The notes: generated by a model not told the origin, from the letters alone. 42,283 nt of DNA from Parcubacteria group bacterium CG08_land_8_20_14_0_20_48_21 (GCA_002774425.1 PEYJ01000029.1:1-42283); one strand, 5' to 3'; counted from the stretch's first letter, positions 9,178 through 19,513 are shown. Made by a program: numbers and translations.

Positions 9178-9209
9178 GGTACGAGGTTCTGCCTCGTACC
9201 TTTTTATTT
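9178..9209 (+). terminator. Intrinsic terminator upstream of the polA promoter
   Basis: GGTACGAGG-ttctg-CCTCGTACC-TTTTTATTT. Confidence 0.75.
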
Positions 9210-9261
9210 GCCCGTACTGCCAGGGAGTGCTACTATAAGCATGCTTGTTCCGCGTACTGCT

Positions 9262-11985
9262 ATGGCATCCAAAAGAAAAACTTTTATTATCATTGACGGT
9301 CATGCATTGCTGCACCGCGCTTGGCATGCGCTGCCGCCTCTCACCACAAAAAAAGGCGTGGTGGTCAATGCGGTGTACGGTTTTACCACGGTGCTGCTCA
9401 AAATTTTCAAAGACCTGCACCCCGACTATTCGGCTGTTGCTTTTGACGTTGCCGCGCCGACCTTTCGCCATAAACGCTTTGCCGCGTACAAAGCGCATCG
9501 GGAGAAACAGCCTCAAGAACTTTATGACCAGCTGCCGATTCTCAAGGATGTTTTGAGAGCTTTTCGGGTGGCGATATTTGAGAAAAAAGGATATGAAGCA
9601 GATGATGTGATCGGGACGCTCACCGCATTGGCCGGTTCAACTGACAATATTATTGTGACGGGCGATCAGGATACACTGCAGCTCATTGACGCGCATACGT
9701 GGGTGTACGCCATGCAAAAAGGCATAAGTGAATTCGCTATTTATGATGCGCAGGCGGTACAAGACCGGTATGCTTTGGACGTGGCGCAGCTTATTGATTA
9801 CAAAGCGCTGCGCGGCGATCCTTCCGACAATATTCCGGGTGTGCAGGGAGTGGGCGAAAAAACCGCAACTGATCTTTTGCAGCAATTCGGCAGCCTTGAA
9901 GAGCTCTATCGTCATCTGGAAACGGCAACTTCCAAGGCGCGGAAATTGAAGCCTGCGGTACGGGAGAAACTGCTCACCCATCAACATGATGCGTTCCAGA
10001 GCAAAGAACTTGCGACCATTGTGCGCGACGTGGCAATTCCCTTTAACCTTGATGACTGCGCAGTGCAGCCCCCCGATAGGGAGCGTGCGGTAGCGTTGTT
10101 TCAAGAGTTGTCATTTGCATCGCTTATGAAAAATATTCCGCATAGCGGCGACGCAACATCGCATGTGCGGAAAAACGCCAAACTTCCCCGCGGGTATCGG
10201 CTCATTACCAAGCGCGCCGATTTTGAGGAGTTGCTCAAACTGCTTGCGGCGGCTCCTGCATTTGCCTTGGATACGGAAACAACCTCGCTCAACACGCTTG
10301 ACGCAAAAGTTTTAGGTATCAGCGTATCTACAAAAGTTGGTGAAGCGGCATACTGCGCATTGCCTGATGCAGCCGGGGAGAGACAAAAGTGGCTTGCCGC
10401 CGCAAAACTGGTTTTAGAAAATCGGCACATTGTAAAAATAGGACACAACCTGAAATATGACATGGAAGTTTTGGCAAACGACGGAATTCGGGTTGCAGAA
10501 CCTCTCTTTGACACCATGGTCGCTTCGTATCTACTGAACACGCAATCACGCGGCAACGATCTGGATACGCTGACGCTTCTTGAATACGGACATACGATGA
10601 TACCCCTTGAACGGCTTTTGGGTCCGAAAGGGAAGGATCAAAAAACCATGGATGAGATTCCTCCGACGGAAGTGGCGGAATATGCGTGCGAAGACGCGGA
10701 TTACGCGTGGCGGCTCTATGAGAAGTTTTTACCTCGTCTCAAAAAAGAGCGCATGGAGACGCTATTTACTGATATGGAGATGCAGCTTATTCCCGTGCTG
10801 GTTGCCATGGAGCGAGAAGGTATAGCTGTTGATATGAGCTTTCTTCGGGAGATGAGCATGCATCTCAAAAAACGTATTACATCGCTTGAGCGGAATATCT
10901 ATGCGCTTGCAGGTTCCGAATTTAATATCGCCTCGCCCCTCCAATTAAAAAAAATACTTTTTACAGATCTAGGGATTGACCCGAAAGGTCTTGCGAAAAT
11001 CAAGACTGGCATTTCCACTGCTGCGAGTGAATTGGAGAAGTTGAAAGGGATCCATGCCATAATTCCGCTCATCAGTGATTTTCGCGAAGTGACGAAATTG
11101 TTGTCAACCTATGTGGATGCCTTGCCGAAACTCGTGCGCAAGGACACCGGTCGCGTGCATACGAGTTACAATCAAACGGTTGCCGCAACAGGTCGCCTAT
11201 CATCATCAGATCCGAATTTACAGAATATACCCATACGTACAGAGATCGGCAAGAAGATCAGAAAGAGCTTTATTGCAAAAAAAGGATCGGAGCTTTTAGC
11301 TGCGGACTACTCGCAAATTGAGTTGCGCATCGTTGCCTCGCTCGCTCATGACCGCAAAATGCTTGCCGCATTCCACAAGGATCAAGACATTCATGCAACG
11401 ACTGCTGCGGAGATCGCCGGATGTTCCTTAGAAGAGGTTACACCGGAAATGCGCCGCAAAGCAAAAACCGTGAATTTCGGCGTGCTCTATGGCATGGGTG
11501 CGCACGGACTTGCGGCTTCCGCCGATATCACCTATGCTGAAGCACGGGAATTCATCGGCGCCTACTTTACGCTCTATAAGGGCGTTGCGAAGTACATGGA
11601 AGATACCAAAGCGTTCGCGCGCACACACGGATATGTCAAAACGCTTTTCGGACGTGTACGATATTTTCCGGACATTCTCTCGGGTCTGCCACAGGTGCGC
11701 GCCCAAGCGGAGCGCATGGCCATCAATATGCCAGTGCAGGGGACCGCAGCCGATATCATGAAATACGCCATGATCAAACTCCATCGTCTGCTTGATCCGG
11801 ATGAAGCGAAAATTCTGCTCCAAGTGCATGATGAATTGGTGCTTGAAGTGCGGAAAGGATTTGCAGAGAAAACGGCAAAGACGGTTCGGGTGTGCATGGA
11901 AGGTGTGCACCAACTGGCCGCGCCACTCAAGGTCAATATCACAGTAGGGAGGAATTGGGGGGAAATGAAGGAGTTCACATCATAA
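9262..11985 (+). CDS. polA: DNA polymerase I
   Basis: 5'-3' exo IIDGHALLHRAWHA, EADDVIGT, GDPSDNIPGV; 3'-5' exo DTETT; polymerase ADYSQIELR, KTVNFGVLYGM, QVHDELV. Confidence 0.98.
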   Translation: MASKRKTFIIIDGHALLHRAWHALPPLTTKKGVVVNAVYGFTTVLLKIFKDLHPDYSAVAFDVAAPTFRHKRFAAYKAHREKQPQELYDQLPILKDVLRAFRVAIFEKKGYEADDVIGTLTALAGSTDNIIVTGDQDTLQLIDAHTWVYAMQKGISEFAIYDAQAVQDRYALDVAQLIDYKALRGDPSDNIPGVQGVGEKTATDLLQQFGSLEELYRHLETATSKARKLKPAVREKLLTHQHDAFQSKELATIVRDVAIPFNLDDCAVQPPDRERAVALFQELSFASLMKNIPHSGDATSHVRKNAKLPRGYRLITKRADFEELLKLLAAAPAFALDTETTSLNTLDAKVLGISVSTKVGEAAYCALPDAAGERQKWLAAAKLVLENRHIVKIGHNLKYDMEVLANDGIRVAEPLFDTMVASYLLNTQSRGNDLDTLTLLEYGHTMIPLERLLGPKGKDQKTMDEIPPTEVAEYACEDADYAWRLYEKFLPRLKKERMETLFTDMEMQLIPVLVAMEREGIAVDMSFLREMSMHLKKRITSLERNIYALAGSEFNIASPLQLKKILFTDLGIDPKGLAKIKTGISTAASELEKLKGIHAIIPLISDFREVTKLLSTYVDALPKLVRKDTGRVHTSYNQTVAATGRLSSSDPNLQNIPIRTEIGKKIRKSFIAKKGSELLAADYSQIELRIVASLAHDRKMLAAFHKDQDIHATTAAEIAGCSLEEVTPEMRRKAKTVNFGVLYGMGAHGLAASADITYAEAREFIGAYFTLYKGVAKYMEDTKAFARTHGYVKTLFGRVRYFPDILSGLPQVRAQAERMAINMPVQGTAADIMKYAMIKLHRLLDPDEAKILLQVHDELVLEVRKGFAEKTAKTVRVCMEGVHQLAAPLKVNITVGRNWGEMKEFTS

Positions 11986-12080
11986 GACATGCAAGGTACA
12001 ACATACAATAAAAAACGTAAAACAAGCAACGTAGTTTACCCCGTGTTTCATGCCCCAAGTTGTATATTTTAAGATATAGT

Positions 12081-13112
12081 ATGCTTTTTTTCTTACACGG
12101 TGAAGACACCTATCGTTCGCGAAAAAAAATGGAAGAGGTACGGGAAAAATTTTCCCGAGAGCGTGATGCGACAGGACTCAATAGCGAAGTGCTGCAGGGA
12201 GGGGAACTCACCGCCGATGTGTTTGCGCGGGCATGTACCACCGCACCGTTCATGGCGGTACGGCGTATGGTCATTGTGGAGAATGTGCTCACCGAGGGAT
12301 CTGATGCCGCATTACATCAAGCGGTATTCCATACCCTATCGGCGCACAATATGGAAGTAGCGCAGTCAACAGCGGATACGCCCATACTTGTTTTCTGGGA
12401 AGGCACGCGCATTACGCCACCACGGGTAACAGGCAAAACGCGTACAAAGCCGCGCTCGCTCAAGGAGCTGCTTTTTATCTGCGACTACGTACAGGAGTTT
12501 GTACAACTGGAGGGGCAAGCACTCGCCTCGTGGCTGTCACAGGAAGCGGCCAACAACGGATTGGCCGTTACCGCACAAGCGCGGACGCTCCTGTGCACCT
12601 GGTACGGCGCGTCCACCTGGAAGCTGGCAAATGAACTTGAGAAAATAAGCGCGTATGTCTTGGGTTCGGGAGCGACCACGATTGACGAGATGGCTGTACG
12701 CTCCGTAAGTGAATTTATGGAAGAAGCGCGTGCGTTTGCATTTGGCAATGCCATCGCAGAGCGCAATCATGAAGCTGCCCTCGCATTATTTTGGGAACAT
12801 GTGCGGGACGGCGATAGTCCGTTTAAGCTCTTTGGCATGATTGCGCTGCAGTTTCGGCTACTTATCGCGCTTGCACAACAAACCGGAGGGGCATCTCTTG
12901 CAGAGCTTGCCAAAACGCTCGGCGTGCATCCTTTCGCGCTCCAAAAAACAGCCCTTGGCACGCAGCGCTATACGCGCGGCGAGCTACAACAAAACTACCG
13001 CCGGTTGGTGGCGGTAGAAAGAGAATTACGTTCAGGCAATCGGGATCAGGCACTTACGCTTGCGAGGTTTTTGCATCAGACGCTTTCGCGGCGGCATGCA
13101 AGCGTTGCATGA
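12081..13112 (+). CDS. holA: DNA polymerase III subunit delta
   Basis: LFFLHGEDTYR, TAPFMAVRRMVIVEN, LANELEKI, LGVHPF; adjacent to rpsT as is usual. Confidence 0.9.
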   Translation: MLFFLHGEDTYRSRKKMEEVREKFSRERDATGLNSEVLQGGELTADVFARACTTAPFMAVRRMVIVENVLTEGSDAALHQAVFHTLSAHNMEVAQSTADTPILVFWEGTRITPPRVTGKTRTKPRSLKELLFICDYVQEFVQLEGQALASWLSQEAANNGLAVTAQARTLLCTWYGASTWKLANELEKISAYVLGSGATTIDEMAVRSVSEFMEEARAFAFGNAIAERNHEAALALFWEHVRDGDSPFKLFGMIALQFRLLIALAQQTGGASLAELAKTLGVHPFALQKTALGTQRYTRGELQQNYRRLVAVERELRSGNRDQALTLARFLHQTLSRRHASVA

Positions 13113-13344
13113 GGCGCGATTTTTTTCGTGCCGCGGTGTTTTTCTTGATAATACCTTTTTTTACAGCCTTGTCCAGCAGCTTAATAGTGTCGGCAACCTT
13201 GGTTTTTACGCCGTCTTTTTTTGCATCAATAAACTGACGACTCTTTTTGAGTGTCATTTTTAATTCGGTCTGAATTTTTTGATTGCGCGTCGCATGTTTT
13301 AGGCTCTGGCGCAGGGCTTTTTTTGCCGCGTTCTTTTGAGGCAT
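13054..13344 (-). CDS. rpsT: 30S ribosomal protein S20
   Basis: MPQKNAAKKALRQS...LDKAVKKGIIKKNTAARKKSRL. Confidence 0.97.
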   Translation of the reverse strand: MPQKNAAKKALRQSLKHATRNQKIQTELKMTLKKSRQFIDAKKDGVKTKVADTIKLLDKAVKKGIIKKNTAARKKSRLMQRLHAAAKASDAKTSQA

Positions 13345-13394
13345 AATCCAACCAATGACGTGTTAAGAATAAAGTAGCATGCATGGTGAAATGG

Positions 13395-13423
13395 AGTGTA
13401 GCATGCAAATATACGGGCGTCAA
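13395..13423 (-). promoter_or_regulatory. Sigma70 promoter of rpsT
   Basis: TTGACG-17 nt-TACACT on the minus strand with TGn. Confidence 0.65.
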
Positions 13424-13503
13424 CCCTATACAATATCTTATCAATATGGCTGCGCTGTACGCTTATCGCTATCGCAGCAATGGCAAAAAATATCTCACGA
13501 GCA

Positions 13504-14802
13504 TTATCCTGATAGGTATGTTGTAATATTTTCGGCAATGGCGCTGACGGTTTTTTTGAACACGGCTTCATCCGGTTCTAAAAGCGTCATGCGAAATCCT
13601 TGCAGATCGGAATTGAAGCCGGAGAGCGGTACAACGCAGATACCGGTAGCTGCCATGAGGTAATAGACGAAACGCTTGTCCGGGGGTAGGGCGGGGAGCA
13701 ATGGCTCAAGCAACGCGCGCGCTTGTGTATTGGCGATCGGCAACGCATGCGTGTTGTTGAGTGCCCCGTCTTTAAAAACCACCGAATAGTAGAATGCGCC
13801 TTTTGGTTCCGGAGCGGTAATACCCGGTATGTCGCGCAACAACGCATGGGCAAGTGCGGCTTTTTTTGCATAACCCAGCGCCCTTTCGCGAACGTGAGTG
13901 GCGTACCGTACGTCTCCCAAGATAGCGGGCAGAACCTGCTGCGGCAGTGTGGTTGAGCAAACTTCCAACATCTTGGCATCTACCAAGGTTTTCGCATAGC
14001 GCGCGAATTGTGCGTCGTTGCGTTTGTTGTAAAACTCTATCCACCCGCATCGGGATCCCGGCCACGGGACCTCTTTTGACAGACCGCGCATGACGAGCGC
14101 GGGGACATCGTCCAGCAGTGTATACAGTGGAATCATTGCGGATTTGTCATATGCAAGATGCGCATAAATTTCATCAGATATGAGAAACAGGTCGTGGGTA
14201 CGGGCGATTGCGACAATTTCTTCCAGTGTCTCCCGCGGATACACGAGACCGGTAGGATTGTCAGGATTGATGATGAGTATGCCAGTGATTGTCGGATTAT
14301 TTTGCACTTTATTGCGTAGATCGGCAAGATCGGGAAGCCAGCCCTTTGAGGGATCCAGACGATAGGTCAGATTTTTTCCACCCGCGTGTGCACCTTCCGC
14401 TGATGAATGGGTTGGGTAGGCGGGATTCGGACCGATAACGCGCGCACACCGGTTGAGATAGGTGTACACATTGGCTATGGCATCTCCCAGTCCGTTAAAA
14501 AATAGTATATCCTCCGGATCAAGAGGGATGCCACATTCTTTCCTGCGCTCATTCGTGATAAAATCGCGCGCAGTCTGCAGCCCTTTGGTCGGTGAATAGC
14601 CGAAACTGGCATCTTGCCGAACTTCGCCTGCAACAATGTCTTTGATCCACCCGGGGACGCACTCGCCCTTGGCAACCGGATCACCGATATTTTCCCACGT
14701 GATCACAACGCCGCATTGCTCAAGTTTTTTTGCGACTGCTACAATTTCGCGAATTTCGTAGGTGAGCTCATCAGCTCCTGGGTAAACGATAGGCGATCTC
14801 AT
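13504..14802 (-). CDS. PLP-dependent aminotransferase class I/II (AlaA-like)
   Basis: ENIGDP, INPDNPTG, SDEIY, GLSKEVPWPGSRCGW (PLP lysine). Confidence 0.9.
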   Translation of the reverse strand: MRSPIVYPGADELTYEIREIVAVAKKLEQCGVVITWENIGDPVAKGECVPGWIKDIVAGEVRQDASFGYSPTKGLQTARDFITNERRKECGIPLDPEDILFFNGLGDAIANVYTYLNRCARVIGPNPAYPTHSSAEGAHAGGKNLTYRLDPSKGWLPDLADLRNKVQNNPTITGILIINPDNPTGLVYPRETLEEIVAIARTHDLFLISDEIYAHLAYDKSAMIPLYTLLDDVPALVMRGLSKEVPWPGSRCGWIEFYNKRNDAQFARYAKTLVDAKMLEVCSTTLPQQVLPAILGDVRYATHVRERALGYAKKAALAHALLRDIPGITAPEPKGAFYYSVVFKDGALNNTHALPIANTQARALLEPLLPALPPDKRFVYYLMAATGICVVPLSGFNSDLQGFRMTLLEPDEAVFKKTVSAIAENITTYLSG

Positions 14803-14871
14803 AGAAAGAGAGTACGAAATGAGGCATGCACCATACGGGGGAGGTTAAAAAATGATTTTTTTTCATCCGCA

Positions 14872-15603
14872 TTACAGGTGTTGCTGCGTAACCCGATGCT
14901 GTATTTCTTCATACGTCTTAAGATATGCCATCCAGTTTTTCGGCGTGAGTTTATCAAGCGTCACGCTTTCTGTAACGTTAAATGAGCCGATTGTCGTGCG
15001 CCGCAACGTTTGCGCATACGCGCCGCAGCCAAGCCGATGTCCAATATCGTGGATGAGCGTGCGGATATAGGTTCCGGTTGACACGTGACAGGAAAAGGAA
15101 AGATGGGGATAGTCGTAAGTGGCGGGTGAAATTGCAAAAATGGTTATGCGGTTCGGTGTTCGTTCTATTATACACCCCTTGCGTGCCAGTTCATACATTT
15201 TCTTACCATGGACTTTTTTTGCGGAGTAGGCTGGCGGAAGCTGCTCCTGTTCTCCAACGAAACCACGGAGCATGCATTCAATCGTTTTCTTTTCGGGCGC
15301 AATGACCTGTGAGGTTACGGTTATTTTGCCTTCACGGTCGTAGGTATCTGCGATTGCGCCTAAATATGCCTCTGCCACATATTCTTTGGACATCCCGATA
15401 AAGCGTGAAAGGTGTTTCGTAGCTTTTCTGCCAACAGCGCACAGCAAGAGACCGGTGGCAAACGGGTCTAGCGTACCTGCGTGTCCGATGGTACGTATGC
15501 CGGTTGTGCGCCGCAGCGCGTCAATGACGTCATGCGATGTCAGCCCATCCGGCTTGTCAATCAATAAGAACCCTGCTAGCTCCAACGTGTTTACATTTGA
15601 CAT
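14872..15603 (-). CDS. truB: tRNA pseudouridine(55) synthase
   Basis: IDKPDGLTSHDV, GHAGTLDPFATG, PPAYSAKK, STGTYIRTL. Confidence 0.97.
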   Translation of the reverse strand: MSNVNTLELAGFLLIDKPDGLTSHDVIDALRRTTGIRTIGHAGTLDPFATGLLLCAVGRKATKHLSRFIGMSKEYVAEAYLGAIADTYDREGKITVTSQVIAPEKKTIECMLRGFVGEQEQLPPAYSAKKVHGKKMYELARKGCIIERTPNRITIFAISPATYDYPHLSFSCHVSTGTYIRTLIHDIGHRLGCGAYAQTLRRTTIGSFNVTESVTLDKLTPKNWMAYLKTYEEIQHRVTQQHL

Positions 15604-15633
15604 GATGATTTGGTCATTTGAAAATTTGACTCT

Positions 15634-15678
15634 GTTATACCACGTTTGATTGACAAGTGTCAAAAAACACGCTAAGGT
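15634..15678. promoter_or_regulatory. Overlapping divergent promoters for truB and infB
   Basis: Plus: TTGACA(15650)-17-TAAGGT; minus: TTGACA(15663-15658)-18-TATAAC; the two -35 boxes form TTGACAagTGTCAA. Confidence 0.6.
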
Positions 15679-15686
15679 GGGTTAAT

Positions 15687-17696
15687 ATGAATGTTTCAGA
15701 ACTTGCGCGACAACTACATATCTCTATACAAGAACTGCGGGATGTATTCTCGCTTATCGGTTTGCATATAGGCTACCGTGCCATCAAGGTTGATGCGAAA
15801 GTTGCAAAAAAAGTCATTGCCAACTGGCCGGAATATCAAAAGATTTGGGAGGCGCATAAGCGCAAACTCGTTGAAGAAGAAGAGCAAAAGAAAAAGGAGC
15901 AGAAAGCCGTACAGCACGATCCCGTGGCGTTGCCACCGGTGATTACGGTTAAAATATTCGCCGAACGTATCGGTGTGCCGCTCACGCGCGTAATAGGAGA
16001 ACTCATGAAAAACGGCGTTCTCGCATCGCTCAACGAACGCATTGATTTTGATACCGCCGCTATTGTTGCGGCGGAGTTTGGTATTGAAACATTTTCCGAT
16101 AAGAGTGAGACGGATCGCGCGCATGAAGTAACAACGCAGGAAAAACTCTCCGCACTCTTGCAAGAACATGACGCGCAAGCGTTGGCACACCGACCTCCGG
16201 TGGTTGTGGTTATGGGGCATGTGGATCATGGGAAAACGAAGCTGCTGGACGCCATTCGGAAAACGGACGTTGTTGCAGGTGAGTCGGGCGGTATTACACA
16301 GCATATTGGCGCGTATCAAATAGAGCGCGCAGGAAGGCGAATTACCTTTATTGATACGCCCGGGCATGAAGCGTTTACCTCCATGCGCTCGCGCGGCGCA
16401 CGCATAGCCGACCTTGCCATTTTGGTCGTGGCGGCCGATGATGGGGTGATGCCGCAGACCGAAGAAGCCATACGTATTATCAATCAGGCGCACATTCCTT
16501 TGGTCGTAGCGGTGAATAAGATGGATAAGCCGGAAGCAAATTTGGAAAAAACTAAAACCATGCTCGCGCAATTCGATCTTCTACCCGAGGATTGGGGAGG
16601 CAAAATTCCCGTTGTGCCCATATCCGCACTCAAAGGGGATGGGTTGGATAAACTTTTGGAAATGGTATTCCTCGTTGCTGATGTGGAGGGCGATCGTCTG
16701 CGCGCAAATCCGCATAAACCCGCGGTTGCAACGGTTGTGGAGGCTCACGTGGATAAGGGCGAGGGTCCAGTCGCAACGCTATTGGTGCAGGCGGGTACGT
16801 TGCATCAGGGTGATTATCTTAATGTGGACGGTGTGACTCTCGGACGCGCGCGGATGCTACGGAACGATCAAGGAACGGTGGTTGTGGCAGCTGACCCGTC
16901 AACGCCGGTGCAGGTTTTGGGATTTAAGCAAGCGGCAACGATAGGCGATATTGTGGAGGCATCCGCAAAAGCACTGACAAAAATCAGCAAAGCGCGTGTG
17001 CGCGCAGCCGAGAGCGCACAAGCATTTACCGCAACTACCTCAAACGCTCAAGAAGAGCAGAGCAGAAAAAAACACATTATTCCGGTGGTGCTGAAGGCCG
17101 ATGTGCTGGGATCGCTGGAAGCCATTATTGCGCAGATAGAAAAAATGGAACATCCGGAAGTCGGCATTAAAATTATCGCGAAAGGGCTTGGTAATGTTAC
17201 GGAAAGCGATCTGCAGCAGGCGCAGGCGGCGAACGCGCGTATTATCGGTTTTCATGTACACGCACTTCCGGAAATCGCTTTGCGTGCAAAAGATGGCGGC
17301 ATCGCTATTACATACTACGACGTTATCTACGAATTGACGAAGCAGTTGAAAAAGGATTTGGCTGATCTATTGCCCCTGATCGTTGAGCGCAAGTTGCTGG
17401 GTACCGCACAAATTATCGCGCTTTTTCGTGAAGCGGAAAAACTGCAGGTTGCGGGTTGCCGTGTTACCGGAGGTACGCTTACGGCTGATGCTCATGTGAC
17501 GATTTTGCGAAACGGCGAGGTGTTGGGTGTTGTGCGTATCGTTCGGCTGCAAATCGGCAAACAGGCAGTCGTGGAGGTCCCACAAGGGTCCGAATGTGGC
17601 ATAGCACTTGAGGGCAAGCTGCGCGTGCAAGAGCAGGATGTTTTGGAGGTGTTTGCCGAACAAACTAAGAAGAGAACGCTTGAATTTACCTTATAA
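15687..17696 (+). CDS. infB: Translation initiation factor IF-2
   Basis: [48 protein letters not shown]. Confidence 0.98.
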   Translation: MNVSELARQLHISIQELRDVFSLIGLHIGYRAIKVDAKVAKKVIANWPEYQKIWEAHKRKLVEEEEQKKKEQKAVQHDPVALPPVITVKIFAERIGVPLTRVIGELMKNGVLASLNERIDFDTAAIVAAEFGIETFSDKSETDRAHEVTTQEKLSALLQEHDAQALAHRPPVVVVMGHVDHGKTKLLDAIRKTDVVAGESGGITQHIGAYQIERAGRRITFIDTPGHEAFTSMRSRGARIADLAILVVAADDGVMPQTEEAIRIINQAHIPLVVAVNKMDKPEANLEKTKTMLAQFDLLPEDWGGKIPVVPISALKGDGLDKLLEMVFLVADVEGDRLRANPHKPAVATVVEAHVDKGEGPVATLLVQAGTLHQGDYLNVDGVTLGRARMLRNDQGTVVVAADPSTPVQVLGFKQAATIGDIVEASAKALTKISKARVRAAESAQAFTATTSNAQEEQSRKKHIIPVVLKADVLGSLEAIIAQIEKMEHPEVGIKIIAKGLGNVTESDLQQAQAANARIIGFHVHALPEIALRAKDGGIAITYYDVIYELTKQLKKDLADLLPLIVERKLLGTAQIIALFREAEKLQVAGCRVTGGTLTADAHVTILRNGEVLGVVRIVRLQIGKQAVVEVPQGSECGIALEGKLRVQEQDVLEVFAEQTKKRTLEFTL

Positions 17697-17740
17697 AGCG
17701 TGTTACATGCTTTGGCGAACGCGCGTGAGTATCAGCATTT

Positions 17741-18082
17741 ATGAGTAGGAGTCGCATGCAGCAGGCGGATAGTATATTGCGGGAGGCAGTTTCCCGCGTA
17801 CTCTCTCGAATGCTGAACATGCCCGAGGGAACACTCATAACCGTTTCCCATATCCGCACGGCGCCCGACCTGCATTCCGCGCGTGTTTTTTTTACCGTAT
17901 TTCCTGGTGAACGCACGGCAGAGGTGCATGCCGCCCTTCGGCGCGCGCAGCCCGATATCCAAAAATCTCTCGCGGAACAGGTGCAGCTCAAATACCTGCC
18001 GCGGCTGCATTTCGTTGCAGATGTGAATGCGCAGAAGACGAGGGAAATAGAAAATCTTCTTGATGAGCTTTCGCGCACGTAG
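17741..18082 (+). CDS. rbfA: Ribosome-binding factor A
   Basis: ITVSHIRTAPDLHSARVF...LKYLPRLHFVAD; directly after infB. Confidence 0.9.
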   Translation: MSRSRMQQADSILREAVSRVLSRMLNMPEGTLITVSHIRTAPDLHSARVFFTVFPGERTAEVHAALRRAQPDIQKSLAEQVQLKYLPRLHFVADVNAQKTREIENLLDELSRT

Positions 18083-19078
18083 ATGCCTTCTCCTATGGAC
18101 GCAGTACATCCTCCCTTGCATAAAGATATCTATAGCCATATCGCAGACGTGCTTACCCGTGCGCAACACGTGCTGGTGCTTACGCATAAAAAACCCGATG
18201 GCGATACCCTGGGAGCCGCAGCCGCATTTGCAAAATATCTCAAAAATCAAGGAACGCGCTTGACGCTCTTTTGTCTGGACGGTCCGGGAAGTGATTTGGA
18301 TTTTCTGCCGCTTCGCGATCAGATACTGACTGATCCCCGTAAACTTTCCATTGAGCTTTTTGACGTGATAGCCGGTTTTGATTTTAGTACACTGTCGCAT
18401 ACGGGGATTGAGGCTCTGCTCGCGCACCGCGCGCAGGGCAGTACGCTCATAAACTTTGACCACCATTTTTCCAATATGCGTTTTGGTGATATCAACCTGG
18501 TTGATGAAACGGCACCCTCAACAACCGCGGTGTTGCATGCGTATTTCAAATTCGTTGGCGCAAAAATTGATGCCGATATGGCAACCGCGCTACTCACCGG
18601 TCTCGTGACGGATACGGGAAGTTTTACCAACGCCGCTACGAATATAGAGGCTTTTACCATTGCATCCGAACTCTTGAACAGTGGAGCGAAAATTCAGCGT
18701 ATTCTCCAGTCCACATTTCACAACAAATCTCTCGGCGCACTCAAAGTTTGGGGTATTGCGTTTTCGCGGCTTGTGAGGGATAGCAGGAGCGGTCTTGCCG
18801 TAACGATACTCACCAGGGAAGACCTTGCGCTGTGTGGGGTAGATACCGCAGCGGCTGACGGCATAGCTAATTTCTTAAACATCTTGGGCGATGTTGATGC
18901 CGTTCTGGTGCTGCGAGATGATGACTCTGGTTTTATTAGAGGAAGTTTACGTACCACCAAAGAACTTGATGTATCGGTTTTGGCGCGCTATTTCGGCGGC
19001 GGCGGCCATAAAAAAGCCGCGGGATTCACCTTGCAGGGGATCCTCAAGCGAACAAATGATACGTGGCGTGTAGTGTAA
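18083..19078 (+). CDS. nrnA: DHH/DHHA1 bifunctional oligoribonuclease/PAP phosphatase
   Basis: THKKPDGDTLG, FDHH, TDTGSF, GGGGHKKAAG. Confidence 0.9.
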   Translation: MPSPMDAVHPPLHKDIYSHIADVLTRAQHVLVLTHKKPDGDTLGAAAAFAKYLKNQGTRLTLFCLDGPGSDLDFLPLRDQILTDPRKLSIELFDVIAGFDFSTLSHTGIEALLAHRAQGSTLINFDHHFSNMRFGDINLVDETAPSTTAVLHAYFKFVGAKIDADMATALLTGLVTDTGSFTNAATNIEAFTIASELLNSGAKIQRILQSTFHNKSLGALKVWGIAFSRLVRDSRSGLAVTILTREDLALCGVDTAAADGIANFLNILGDVDAVLVLRDDDSGFIRGSLRTTKELDVSVLARYFGGGGHKKAAGFTLQGILKRTNDTWRVV

Positions 19079-19202
19079 TTTTTTCATTTTGCATCGGCGG
19101 TATAAAACCTGTACTGCAAGGAGCATGCGACTCCCATGACCGGCTCACGGACCCCCTGACTATTGGGGGTTGCATGCAAAAAACATTTGTGGTATGGTAG
19201 TA

Positions 19203-19291
19203 GCATAACTACTTTATCAATTTCAACGGTCAAGCATATCGTTACGTTACCACCTATCTGCTTGCAGCGACCGCTATAGATGAAGTTATGC
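19203..19291 (+). ncRNA. Candidate small structured RNA (6S-like?) upstream of rny
   Basis: Promoter TTGCAT-17-TATGGT (19170-19198) immediately before an irregular rod: GCATAAC/GTTATGC, CTTTATC/GATGAAG, CGGTC/GACCG, AAGCA/TGCTT. Confidence 0.35.
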
Positions 19292-19513
19292 CGTGTAGCA
19301 ACGGAATACGCATATATGCAAGACGTACGTGAGTTTCTTCTGCCTACAACTATTCTCCAGTGCTTACGCGGAAAAGCAATTTCCACGTCTTTTTGTGGAC
19401 CCGTTTCGCTCTCGCTACGCCAAAACTGCCTGCGGGAACTCGTGGTATAATTTTCTCATCATAAGTTTGTCGGATGATCCGATAACGTACCGAGTGCTGG
19501 CAGTTCTACCTAT

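Noticed and set aside
9154-9261. N-terminal extension of PolA in the ORF track
   Set aside because: Spans a terminator and the polA promoter; homology begins at MASKRKTF (9262)
15714-16571. 285-aa antisense ORF inside infB
   Set aside because: Shadow ORF of a conserved gene; no motifs
17732-18466. 244-aa antisense ORF over rbfA/nrnA
   Set aside because: Shadow frame; no recognisable domain
19203-19291. SRP (4.5S) RNA
   Set aside because: Lacks the CAGG-stem-GNRA-AGCAG domain IV signature
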